From: Nibricoccus sp.
GTDB lineage: Bacteria > Verrucomicrobiota > Verrucomicrobiia > Opitutales > Opitutaceae
NCBI GenBank assembly: GCA_047602425.1
Contig: JASGHG010000001.1
Location: 640,001 to 704,000 of the forward strand
DNA length: 64,000 nucleotides
Direction: 5' to 3'
Shown here in pieces: positions 48,501-60,800 of this stretch (within the stretch, counting starts at the first letter, position 1; every line of letters begins with the position of its first letter). The notes beneath the pieces were generated by a model, which was not told the origin of the DNA, ran no database searches, and worked only from the letters and a program-made list of their open reading frames with translations. Both the position numbers and the translations under genes were made by a program.

Positions 48501-48878
48501 CTGAGTATATCCGAACCTCTGTATCTGGCGCCTGAAACACTCTACCGAATCGGTAACGCCACGTCCCCGCTCCTGACAAAACTGCGCCCCCATGAAATCG
48601 ACATCACGCCGATTAATGGCGTCCCCACCATCATCGCCAATGGCAAGGGCGTGAGCCTCTACAATAAAAAAGGCCTCGATCTCGCTCCACTGAGTGGCTG
48701 GGTTTGGGAAATCAGGGCAACAACCGCTTTCCCCTTGGGGCTAAAACTCACTCGCGATGACAGTCCTGAAGGGCACTATACCCTTTGCCCCACCCAGAAT
48801 ATTTCCGTGCATGAATTCGTCGCCCTGCTGGAAAAGGTGGTCATTCACTGCCAGAAGGTGTTTAAGAAAACCGCCTGA
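48501..48878 (+). CDS. Tse2-like ADP-ribosyltransferase-fold toxin; probable non-ATG (CTG) start upstream of the tracked ORF
   Basis: Frame is stop-free from 48402 and reads LSISEPLYLAPETLYRIGNATSPLLTKLRP..NGKGVSLY..WEI..PLGLKL..GHYTLCP. Confidence 0.65.
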   Translation: MSISEPLYLAPETLYRIGNATSPLLTKLRPHEIDITPINGVPTIIANGKGVSLYNKKGLDLAPLSGWVWEIRATTAFPLGLKLTRDDSPEGHYTLCPTQNISVHEFVALLEKVVIHCQKVFKKTA

Positions 48879-48883
48879 TCACC

Positions 48884-49141
48884 ATGAAGCACGTACAACT
48901 GAAACTGGACGAAAAGACCTTCAACCTCCTTTGGCGGTCACTGCACGATCGGGAAACCGTCTTGCTCGAAGCGATCGCAAACGAACCTAAGGATTCCGAT
49001 GAAGCCGCGTTGGTGAGCAACGACCTAGTCTATCTTCGCCTGTATAAAGCCGAACTAGAAAAAACCGGCCAGCAGGCAAAATTTCCAAGTAGTGCATTTT
49101 CGTTGGACGACGGCACGATAGACCTGAAGTCGTTCACATAA
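48884..49141 (+). CDS. Small helical protein, putative Tsi2-like immunity/antitoxin
   Basis: 85 aa, charged and predicted helical, starts 5 nt after the toxin stop. Confidence 0.6.
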   Translation: MKHVQLKLDEKTFNLLWRSLHDRETVLLEAIANEPKDSDEAALVSNDLVYLRLYKAELEKTGQQAKFPSSAFSLDDGTIDLKSFT

Positions 49142-49171
49142 CAAAGCCCGCACGGATCGTGCGGGCTTTGT
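49141..49171. terminator. Bidirectional terminator
   Basis: acaaagcccgcacg-gat-cgtgcgggctttgt between convergent genes. Confidence 0.85.
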
Positions 49172-49217
49172 GAGAGTCGAACTAACGCGTTGAGGTCTGT
49201 TCCACCTTTGGAGTGGC

Positions 49218-51035
<1,818 letters not shown>

Positions 51036-51175
51036 CGGAAAAGAGGGTCAGAAAAAGGCACGGGAGGCCGGGGGCGCAAGCCTCTTATGGGGAAGATAAG
51101 TCCCGCGGGACCGTCAGGCGGGGAAACACCATCGACAGCGGGGCGGTTTTTCTTCTATTTTTCCCGTCCAGCTCA

Positions 51176-52942
51176 ATGACTCCGACCCTCGAAACCTGGC
51201 CTGCCATCACTTGGTTGTGGCTCGTGGAAGGCATAGCCTTTTATGCACTTCTGCAATGGAGTTGGGCGCGCAATGTTCCCGGGGCACAGGCCTTTCGCGG
51301 GCTGGCGTTTGGATCGATGCTGTACGTGGCGGCGGAGGCGTTTTGTCTGGTGTTTGCCGAAGGCACGGCGCGATTTGCGCTGAGTTGCGTTTCCTTTTTT
51401 GGCGTCGGCTTGATCATGCCCAATTTGACGACGCTGTTCGCTGACTTCACCGGAAAAAACGAATGGCTCACAAAACGAACCCGAGTCGTCCTGTACGCTA
51501 CAGGCCTGACGCTCGGCCTCGCCCGCTGCACCGATCCGTACTGGGGGCTGATCTATAAGACTGAAACGATCGTGCACGAGCACGGCATGTATTTGAGCCG
51601 CTATACACAGGGGATTCTGCATTACTTTCTGATGGCGGGCATCGTGGCGGCCATGCTGCTCGGCCTGGTGAATATCGCGCTGGCCTGGCGCGAGGCCAAT
51701 CGCCTGATGAAACGGCAACTCGTGGCCCTCGCGGCCTCTTGCCTCTTTCCCGTGGTTGCGGCAGTGCTGTTCAACGCCGGCGTACAGCCCCTGGGCACGC
51801 TCGATCTGACGCCGTTCGCGTTGATCGGCACGACGGTACTGACCACCTGGGCAATTTTTCATGACCGCCTCGTCGAAGTCGTGCCCATAGCCCGCAACTA
51901 TCTCGTCGATCATTTTCAGGAAGGCGTGCTCGTGGTCGATGAAACCGGCACGGTCGTCGATTCCAACCCGGCCCTGCGCCGCATGCTCGGCCTCAGCGAA
52001 AAAGGCACCTTGGGGCAGCCCGTGGGCGAAGTTGTCAAAAACTGGCCTGCCCTCGCGGAAATTTGCGCGAAGGCATTGCCCGGCCAGATCGAACTCCAGC
52101 CGGCGATCGGCGGGGAAATCTTCTGGGAGGCCACGTGGCAGCCGTTGACCACGCCCCGGGATAACAAGCGGCGCGGTTGGCTATTGGTCCTCATGGATGT
52201 TTCGGCACGCAAACGCACCGAAAGCCAGCTACACGATCTCGTGGCCGAGCGCACCAAGGAATGGCGCGACGCCACCCGGAATCTGCTGCGCGCGGCTGAC
52301 GAGGAAAAACGCAGGCTCGGCCAGAGCCTGCACACAACTTTCAGCCAGGAACTCGACCGCATTCTCAAGGACGCCGTGGCCCTGAGTGGCGCGTCGACGG
52401 ACACCATCGATCCCGCGAAGCAAGGGGAAAAGCTCAACCAGCTCGTCCGGCTTATTGCCGATACCAATCATCGTATCCAAGATTTTGCCAGTTTGCTTGA
52501 AGGCCCCGACCTCGCCCATCAAACCTTCAAGGAAGCCCTGGCAGCCGCCCTCGAACACCTGCAAGCCGCCCTTGGGGTTCGCTGCAAGCTGGAGATCGCG
52601 GCCGATTTCCCCCTGCCCAGCCGCGAGCGAGCCCGACACCTGATCGAAGCCGTGCGCGAGGCCGTAATCGGCAGCGCCCAACCGGGGGAAGCCCATCTCG
52701 TCGAGGTGATTCTCCAGAACCAGCCCGCGGGACAAACTGTTGTGATTCGCGATGACGGTCGTCCGCGTTCCGAAAAGGATTTGTCGGCAGACGGCCGCGG
52801 TGCCTCGCAACTCCGTCTGCGCACCACCCTGCTCAACGGGCGGCTCACGGTGCGCCCGGGAAAAACCAGCGGAACCACCATCGAGTTATTTGTCCCACCG
52901 CAACAAGGCTCGGATACCGCGCCGGGATTTTTCGCAACTTAA
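51176..52942 (+). CDS. HisKA_7TM + PAS + degenerate HisKA_3/HATPase sensor protein
   Basis: Seven hydrophobic segments ending LDLTPF..VVPIAR; PAS EGVLVVDETGTVVDSNPA; RRLGQSLH; IRDDG; GTTIELFVP. Confidence 0.8.
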   Translation: MTPTLETWPAITWLWLVEGIAFYALLQWSWARNVPGAQAFRGLAFGSMLYVAAEAFCLVFAEGTARFALSCVSFFGVGLIMPNLTTLFADFTGKNEWLTKRTRVVLYATGLTLGLARCTDPYWGLIYKTETIVHEHGMYLSRYTQGILHYFLMAGIVAAMLLGLVNIALAWREANRLMKRQLVALAASCLFPVVAAVLFNAGVQPLGTLDLTPFALIGTTVLTTWAIFHDRLVEVVPIARNYLVDHFQEGVLVVDETGTVVDSNPALRRMLGLSEKGTLGQPVGEVVKNWPALAEICAKALPGQIELQPAIGGEIFWEATWQPLTTPRDNKRRGWLLVLMDVSARKRTESQLHDLVAERTKEWRDATRNLLRAADEEKRRLGQSLHTTFSQELDRILKDAVALSGASTDTIDPAKQGEKLNQLVRLIADTNHRIQDFASLLEGPDLAHQTFKEALAAALEHLQAALGVRCKLEIAADFPLPSRERARHLIEAVREAVIGSAQPGEAHLVEVILQNQPAGQTVVIRDDGRPRSEKDLSADGRGASQLRLRTTLLNGRLTVRPGKTSGTTIELFVPPQQGSDTAPGFFAT

Positions 52943-53088
52943 ACGAAACACGGACAATCGTCGGGTCGCAGACAAAAACTTCGCTATCGACGGCCCATTT
53001 CGTGCTTCCCGGTATGGACAAACTGTACCGGCACAGCCAACTTCCTGCGCTGTACCCCCACCCGCATCACGAACCGTCCATCGTATCC

Positions 53089-54603
53089 ATGAATCTCCTA
53101 CGCCGTAAGTCCGTCGCCGCCTTGCAGGCCGAAGCCGCTGCCGAGCATGAGCATAGTTTGCACAAGGCCCTGACTGCGACCAACCTCATCAGCCTCGGTA
53201 TCGGCGCAGTGATTGGAGCGGGGATTTTTGTGCTCACCGGCCAGGCGGTCGCGCAATATGCCGGACCTGCCATCGCGATTTCGTTTATTATTTCCGGTCT
53301 TGGATGCCTTTTCGCCGGACTTTGCTACGCGGAGTTTGCCTCGATGATTCCCATCGCCGGCAGCGCCTACACCTACTCCTATGCGACCATTGGCGAATTC
53401 ATGGCGTGGATCATCGGCTGGGATCTGATTCTTGAATACCTCTTTTGCGCGCCGACGGTGGCAGTCGGCTGGTCGGGGCACTTTGTGGCCTTTCTCAAGG
53501 AATTCGGCCTAACCATTCCCGAACACCTAACCAAGGCGCCTTTCGAAATAGACCTCAGTCAAACCGTCACCACCAATCTGTATTTTCTCTCTTTCAGCCA
53601 CCATCCTGTCGTCTTGAGCGGTGCATGGATGAATCTGCCCGCCGTTTTCATCATTCTTCTGATTAGTGCGCTGCTTGTCATCGGGATCAAGGAATCGGCC
53701 ACGTTCAACAACCTTATGGTGGTGACAAAAGTTTCGGTTCTCCTCGCCGTCATTGCCTTTGGCATCTGGTACCTGCTGAAAAACCCCGGTTTGGCGGCGA
53801 AAAATTGGACCCCGTTCATTCCGGAAAACACCGGCGAAGGCCATTTTGGCTGGAGCGGCATCATGCGCGGGGCGGGCGTGATTTTCTTCGCGTATATTGG
53901 CTTCGATGCAGTTTCGACTTCGGCGCAGGAGGCAAAAAATCCCGCGAAAGACATGCCAAAAGGCATTCTCGGATCACTGGCGATTTGCACGGTCATCTTC
54001 ATTTCACTCTCGCTCGTGCTGACGGGTATCTCGAAGTACACCGAGCTCAACAACCCCGCCCCGGTCGTCAATGCGTTGCAGTTTGCCGGCGCGCCCGCCG
54101 CGCTGCGCTACGTGGTGGAGATTGCCGCTCTGGCCGGACTTAGCTCCGTCATCCTTGTGATGCTCATGGGACAGCCTCGCATCTTTTTTTCCATGGCGAA
54201 CGATGGCCTGTTGCCGGCGGTTTTCGCCAAGGTTCATCCCAAGTTCCGCACGCCCTACATTACCACCATCGTCACGGGCGCCGTGGCGGCGGTCATCGGC
54301 GGTATTTTGCCGCTGAGCCTGTTGGGGGAACTGGTTTCCATCGGTACACTGCTGGCTTTCGTGATCGTATGCGTCAGCGTGGTCGTGCTGCGGTACACCC
54401 AACCGGATGTTCCACGCCCCTTCAAAACGCCGTTTGTGCCGATCGTACCTGCGCTTGGGGCAATCATTTGTTTCATGCAGATGAAATATCTTCCCGCTGA
54501 CACCTGGTTCCGCCTGATCGTCTGGATGGCGATCGGCATTGTGATCTATTTTGCCTACAGCAGGCGCCGCTCGAAGCTAAACCAGCCGACCGCGGGCAAC
54601 TAG
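53089..54603 (+). CDS. APC-superfamily amino acid permease (CAT-like)
   Basis: GIGAVIGAGIFVLTG, CYAEFASMIPIAGSAY, FFAYIGFDAVST, GQPRIFFSMANDGLLP. Confidence 0.93.
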   Translation: MNLLRRKSVAALQAEAAAEHEHSLHKALTATNLISLGIGAVIGAGIFVLTGQAVAQYAGPAIAISFIISGLGCLFAGLCYAEFASMIPIAGSAYTYSYATIGEFMAWIIGWDLILEYLFCAPTVAVGWSGHFVAFLKEFGLTIPEHLTKAPFEIDLSQTVTTNLYFLSFSHHPVVLSGAWMNLPAVFIILLISALLVIGIKESATFNNLMVVTKVSVLLAVIAFGIWYLLKNPGLAAKNWTPFIPENTGEGHFGWSGIMRGAGVIFFAYIGFDAVSTSAQEAKNPAKDMPKGILGSLAICTVIFISLSLVLTGISKYTELNNPAPVVNALQFAGAPAALRYVVEIAALAGLSSVILVMLMGQPRIFFSMANDGLLPAVFAKVHPKFRTPYITTIVTGAVAAVIGGILPLSLLGELVSIGTLLAFVIVCVSVVVLRYTQPDVPRPFKTPFVPIVPALGAIICFMQMKYLPADTWFRLIVWMAIGIVIYFAYSRRRSKLNQPTAGN

Positions 54604-54816
54604 CCACGCCGCAGTCCAGCCCGACCGTCCATCACAACATAAACAGTCGAGCAATGGCCCTCCCAGAAACTGCTTCGTCCTTCTGCCTTTTCGCTCGAAA
54701 TCAGGCCGACTACTCACCACCGTTACATTCACCGAACTAATATTCGGCGATAACTGCAATTTATCCGCTACAAGTTTCGTTTCTGAGGGTAGAACATAGG
54801 AAGTTCAATCCAGCAA

Positions 54817-57800
54817 ATGACAACAAACTTGGGTGAGGGAACTGGTTTAGTTCGCATTGCAATTCTGGCTCTCGGACTGGCCGTGGCTAGCGTGCCTGCT
54901 CTGGTCGCCGACGAAATGAACCGCCGGAACGAAGCACTGCCGAATTTCGACGCCAGAGTTTTAAGCGACTCCAGCGAGGTGAAGGCCAAGGCCGATACAA
55001 CCGGTGCACCTAAAGCAGCGGCCATTAAAATGCTCCGAGATCGCGTACGTAACTTGCAAGTTGACCGCGATGCCGTCACCGGCTCCCCGGCTTTCATCCG
55101 CTCGACCGATTTTTTTTTGACTGGCCCTGCTGGCAGGGGCGGAGCCACGAACGATGCCCAGCTTCAAGCCATTCCCGTCGGCGATCCCAATCGCACCGTA
55201 AAAGCGTTTATCGACAGCAATGCGGACGTTTTTGGTCACAACTCATTCGTCCTGCAAGGCACACGCGTGCGCCGCGACTATGCCACTGCGCACAACCATA
55301 CACGAACCATCGTCCTAGAACAACAATTGGGCGGCATTCCCGTCTTCGAAGCTTTCCTGCAGGCCCATTTCACCGAAAAAGACGAACTTATCAATATCTC
55401 CAGTACCCTGATGGCCGATCCCACAGCCGCCGTGCAAAATGGCGCGCTCGACGCCGCTTCGCGCCAGGGCACGCCGAAAATTGCCGCAGTCACCGCCGTG
55501 GTCGCAGCAGCCAGAAATATCGCCGAATCGATCACGGAACTCGACCTCTCGACAGCCAGCGCGCCTGTCGGAGCAAATTTTGTGCAACGTTTTAATGCCA
55601 CTGCCCTCAGCGATATCAGCGTCAGCCTCACCTGGCTACCGCTCAACAGCTCCTCGTTACGCCTCAGCTGGGAAGTGCTGCTTTTCAGCAAACGTCAAAA
55701 CGCGATGTACCGCGTGCTTGTCGACGCGGTTAGCGGTGAGTGTTTAGTTCGTCATTGCCTCACCGACGACATCAGCCCGGCCACCTATAACGTTTTTACC
55801 GGCGACAACCCCTCGCCTTTTTCGCCTGGATATTCAGTTCCAACGAGCACCCAGCCTTCCACCGTTTCCCGTACGCGCGTCACGCTTTCCGCCCTCGATA
55901 CGACCGCCTCGCCCAACGGCTGGATCGACGATGGGATAACCGAAACACGCGGCAACAACGTCAATGCCCACACCGATATCAACGCCGATAACCAGCCCGA
56001 TTTGCCTCTCCCCCAATCCAGCGGCAGCGATCGCGTCTTCGACTTCCCGCTCGATCTTGCCAAATCGCCAGACACCTACAAAGACGCCGCCGTGGTGAAC
56101 CTTTTTTATTGGTGCAACTGGATGCATGATCGCCTCTACCAGCTCGGTTTCACCGAAGCCGCGGGAAATTTCCAAAACAACAATTTCGGACGCGGCGGCA
56201 TCGGCAACGATGCCGTCCAAGCCGATGCCCAGGATGGCTCCGGCCGCGATAACGCGAACTTTTCCACACCGCCAGACGGACAGCCAGGTCGCATGCAAAT
56301 GTACATTTTCAGCTCTCCAACGCCCAACCGCGACGGCGACTTGGACGCGGAGATTATTCTCCATGAATACACCCATGGCCTGAGCAACCGCCTCGTCGGT
56401 GGCGGTGTTGGCTTGAGCGCCCTTCAATCGCGCGGCATGGGCGAAGGCTGGTCGGACTTCTACGCCCTCACCCTCCTGAGCCAGCCCGGCGACGACATCA
56501 ACGGCTGTTATGCCTCCGGCGCGTACGCCTCCTACCTGCTCGACGGGAGCTACGACCAAAATTATTACTACGGTATCCGTCGCTATCCTTATACGACCGA
56601 TATCTCTAAAAATCCGCTCACTTTTAAAGACATCGATCCTACGCAAGCCAGCGCGCACACTGGCGTTCCACGCAGCCCGATCATTGGCAACACCGCCAAC
56701 GAAGTCCACAACATGGGCGAAGTCTGGTGCGTCACACTCTGGGAAGCTCGCGCCAACCTCATCGCGAAGCACGGCTATGCCACCGGTAACCAGCTGATCC
56801 TTCAACTGGTGACCGATGGCATGAAACTCGCGCCGGCGAATCCCACTTTCCTTCAAGCTCGTGACGCCATTCTTCAAGCGGACCTGGTCAACAATGCTGG
56901 CGCCAACAAAAACGCGCTATGGGCCGCCTTTGCCAAACGCGGCTTGGGCGCTGACGCCTTTTCGCCTGCGAGCAGCACCAGCACCGGAGTAGCGGAGGAT
57001 TACAATTTGCTCGACGATCTTGCCCTTACGCCGGTGACCGCCACCACCGCCACGGGACCCATCGGCGGACCTTTCAGCCCAGTCGATCAGACATTCACCC
57101 TAACCAACATAGGCACTACCACGCTAACGTGGGCCGTCAGCAAAACTCAAAACTGGCTGACGCTTAGCCCTTCTTCCGGCTCCCTGGCTCCTGGAGCAAG
57201 TGTCTCTGTCGTCGCCTCGATCAACACTACGGCAAGATCCCTCACCGCAAATACGTTTACCGAGACCCTCTCATTTACCAATTCTTCCAGTTCTGCCGTC
57301 CGAATCAGGAAAATCACTCTCGATATCCAACCACCGCGCATCGCTATTTTTCCCCTCGATAGCAACCCCGGCTGGGCCACGTCCGGCGAATGGGATTTCG
57401 GCCGTCCCACCGGACAAGGCGGCGTTTACGGTTTTCCCGATCCATCGAGCGGAGCCACCGGCGCCAACGTTTTCGGCGTCAATCTCAATGGCAACTATTC
57501 CACGGCCTACGGCGATCCTTACTACCTAACCGCCGGTCCTTTTAACTTCACTGGTATCACCGGCGTACGCCTCCAGTTCCAGCGCTGGCTCAACAGCGAT
57601 TACCAGCCGTGGGTCTATGACACCGTCGAAGTGTCGAATGACGGCACCACATGGACCGAGCTATGGAACAATGGCACCGTCCCTATCACCGATTCGAAGT
57701 GGGCCAAATACCAGTACACCATGGCCGCCGTGGCCGACAACCAGCCCACCGTCTACGTCCGTTGGGGCTATCGCATTGGCCGGACTTCAGGTGCCTTTCC

Positions 57801-60800
57801 CCTCTCAGGTTGGAACATCGACGACATCGAACTACTCGGCACTCCCGCCATTGCCGCTACTCCCAACGTCACGATCACTCCATCGACCACCAGCCTTCCT
57901 CTCGGTAAAACCGCCAGCTTCACTGTCACCGCCACCTGCAGCGCCAATCTCGGCGAAGTCGGCCTCGAAGCCTGCGATTCCTCCGGCACACCCACTGCCG
58001 TGCTGAACACAACCACCCTCTCCGCCCAATATACCGGGCAAACCTACACTTGGACACCCACGGTCGCCGGTACGTACTATTTCCGCGGATACGCCAAGGA
58101 TGCATCGCTCTCCCAGACCGTCCGCACCGTACCTATCACCACCGTTACAGTCGCCCCGCAGATCGAACCTCCCTCTTTCTCCCCTCCTGCCGGATCGTAC
58201 ACGAGCGCACAGTCAATCACTATCAGCACAGCATCTACTGGAGCATCCATCCGATATACCAGCGATGGAACGACTCCTACTGCCACCACAGGCACCCTCT
58301 ACACCGGTCCCATTGCTATCGCCAACACCACCACCTTGAAGGCAATTGCCTATGGCAACGGAATGCTCGACAGCCAGACAAGCACCGCCACCTACAAGAT
58401 TCTGATTCCTCCCAACAATCTCGCCACCGTCTCAGATCGGACGGTCCAGGCTGGAGGCACCGCCTCTTTCGTTGGTTCGGCATCCGGTTACCCACCGCCC
58501 ACCATTAAATGGCAGCTCTCCCTCGATGGCGGTATTTCCTGGTCGGACCTGACTAACACCGCTCCCTACTCTGGGGCAGGCAGTCCCCAACTCGTCGTCA
58601 GCAGCGTGCCCCTCTCGCTCAGCGGAAGCCAATATCGCTTTGTCGCGATAAACTCCCAGGGCACCGGCGTCAGCAATGTCGCGACCCTCACGGTGACCCC
58701 CACCACTTCCGGGCCTCCCGTATTCTCGATCCAACCGCCCGATACCACGGCGCTCGAAAGCACTGTCCTCAATCTTTACGGCAGCGCCACCTCGTCCACC
58801 GCGATCACCTACCAATGGTACAAAGATGACATCGTCATCCCAAACGCTACCCTGCCTTCTTTCGCAAAAACCGCGCCGAATTCCACCGACAGCGGGACCT
58901 ACAAACTGGCGGCCACAAACGCTGCGGGCACCACCTTTAGCCGCAACGCCACCGTCGTTATCACTCCTGCCACACCGCCGGTCTTTGTCGTCCAGCCCAT
59001 AAGCCCGCACGCCTACGCAGGCGACGACCTGACCTTGATCGCCTCCGCTGCCGCACAACCATCCGCAACCTACCAATGGTACAAAAACGGCGCGGCGATT
59101 TCCGGGGCCACAACCAACACTCTGGTCTTGCTCAACCTTTCCGCGGCCAATGACGGCGAAGTGTATACCGTTAAAGCCACGAACGTCGCGGGCACCGCCA
59201 CCAGCAACGAGGCCACGCTGACCGTCTACGCCGCGGACAGCGGCAAAGCCCTCGGCATCGCGCCAGCCACCCGCACCGTCGGCCCCGGACGCGTCGTTTA
59301 TCCCATCACCCTCCGATCCAATAACACTTGGACAGCGACAACAAATGTTAAGTGGATCGCTCTTTCCCTAACCAGCGGAAAATATAGCCGCACCCTGGAG
59401 GTAACGGTATATCCAAATCCTTTTCCTGTGGAACGCACTGCCACGATCACCATCGGCCAGCAAACACACACGTTGACGCAGCGCGCGGCTGGCACACCCA
59501 TTCGAGAACTCTGGGCGACTGGGGCGAACGATTTTGGCCAGCTGGGCGATTATCGCGTGCCTCCACTCATCTATCCCGGCAAATTCGACAATTCGGTACA
59601 AGCCGTCGCCGCTGGCATGGATCATACTCTTTACGTGAAAACGGACGGCACTCTCTGGGTTACCGGCTCCAATCTCCTTGGACAGCTCGGTACCGGCCTT
59701 ATCATCGATCAAGCGTTCCCCACCCAAATTGCCACCAACGTCAAAGCCGTCGCCGCCGGTTACTACTTCAGCCTGTTCCTGAAAAAAGATGGCACGCTCT
59801 GGGGTTGCGGTGACACCTCGAAAGGCCAGCTCGGCACCTCAGCACAACTCAACTACCCCAGACCCGTGCAGTTTGCCTCCAACGTCACTGCGATCGCCGC
59901 AGGCAGCTACCAGACTTACTTCATCAAGACCGACGGCACACTCTGGGGCTGCGGTTTCAATAATTACGGCCAGCTTGGCGATGGCACCAAAACGGACCGT
60001 TCCACCCCAATGCAGATCGCAACCGATGTTGTGTCGGTAGCATCTGGTTTTGGTCATGCTCTGTTTGTGAAGTCCGACGGCACGCTCTGGTCCATGGGCT
60101 ATAACTCCAGCGGCCAGCTCGGCGACGGTACCCAAACAAACCGATCCACGCCCTATCAGGTAGCCACAGACGTAGCGACGGTGGCGTGCGGTAACTATCA
60201 CACCCTGTTCGTTAAAACCGACGGCTCGCTCTGGGTCATGGGTTACAATGCCTACGGGCAACTCGGCGACGGCTCCTTCGCCAACCGCCTCACACCCATC
60301 AGCATCACCACAAACGTTCAATCCGTGGCCTGCGGCAAATACCACTCCATCTTCATCAAAACCGACGGCTCGCTCTGGACCACGGGCGAGGACTTCTACT
60401 ACAAACTCGGCGACGGGCGTACGACCTCACAGCCAACGCCCGTCAACGTGGCAACCAACGCCCAACTGGCTGCCGCCGGTCAAAACCACACCCTTTTTAT
60501 TAAAACCGACGGCACACTCTGGGCCGTAGGTGCCAATAATAAAGGTCAGCTCGGATATGCCAGCCCTGGCATGGAGTTGCGCGCCACTCCGATTTGCATC
60601 GCCTCCGAGGTTCTCACCGCTGCCGCAGGCGATAATCACACGCTTTATATAAAAACCGACAACACGTGTTGGACGGTCGGCGAGAACAGCGCCGGACAAC
60701 TTGGCGACGGCAGCACCCTCGTCCGTTGCGATCCAGCCCAAATCGACAACAATGCGAAAGCCGTCAGCGCCGGCCTGAATCATAGCCTCCTGCTCAAATC

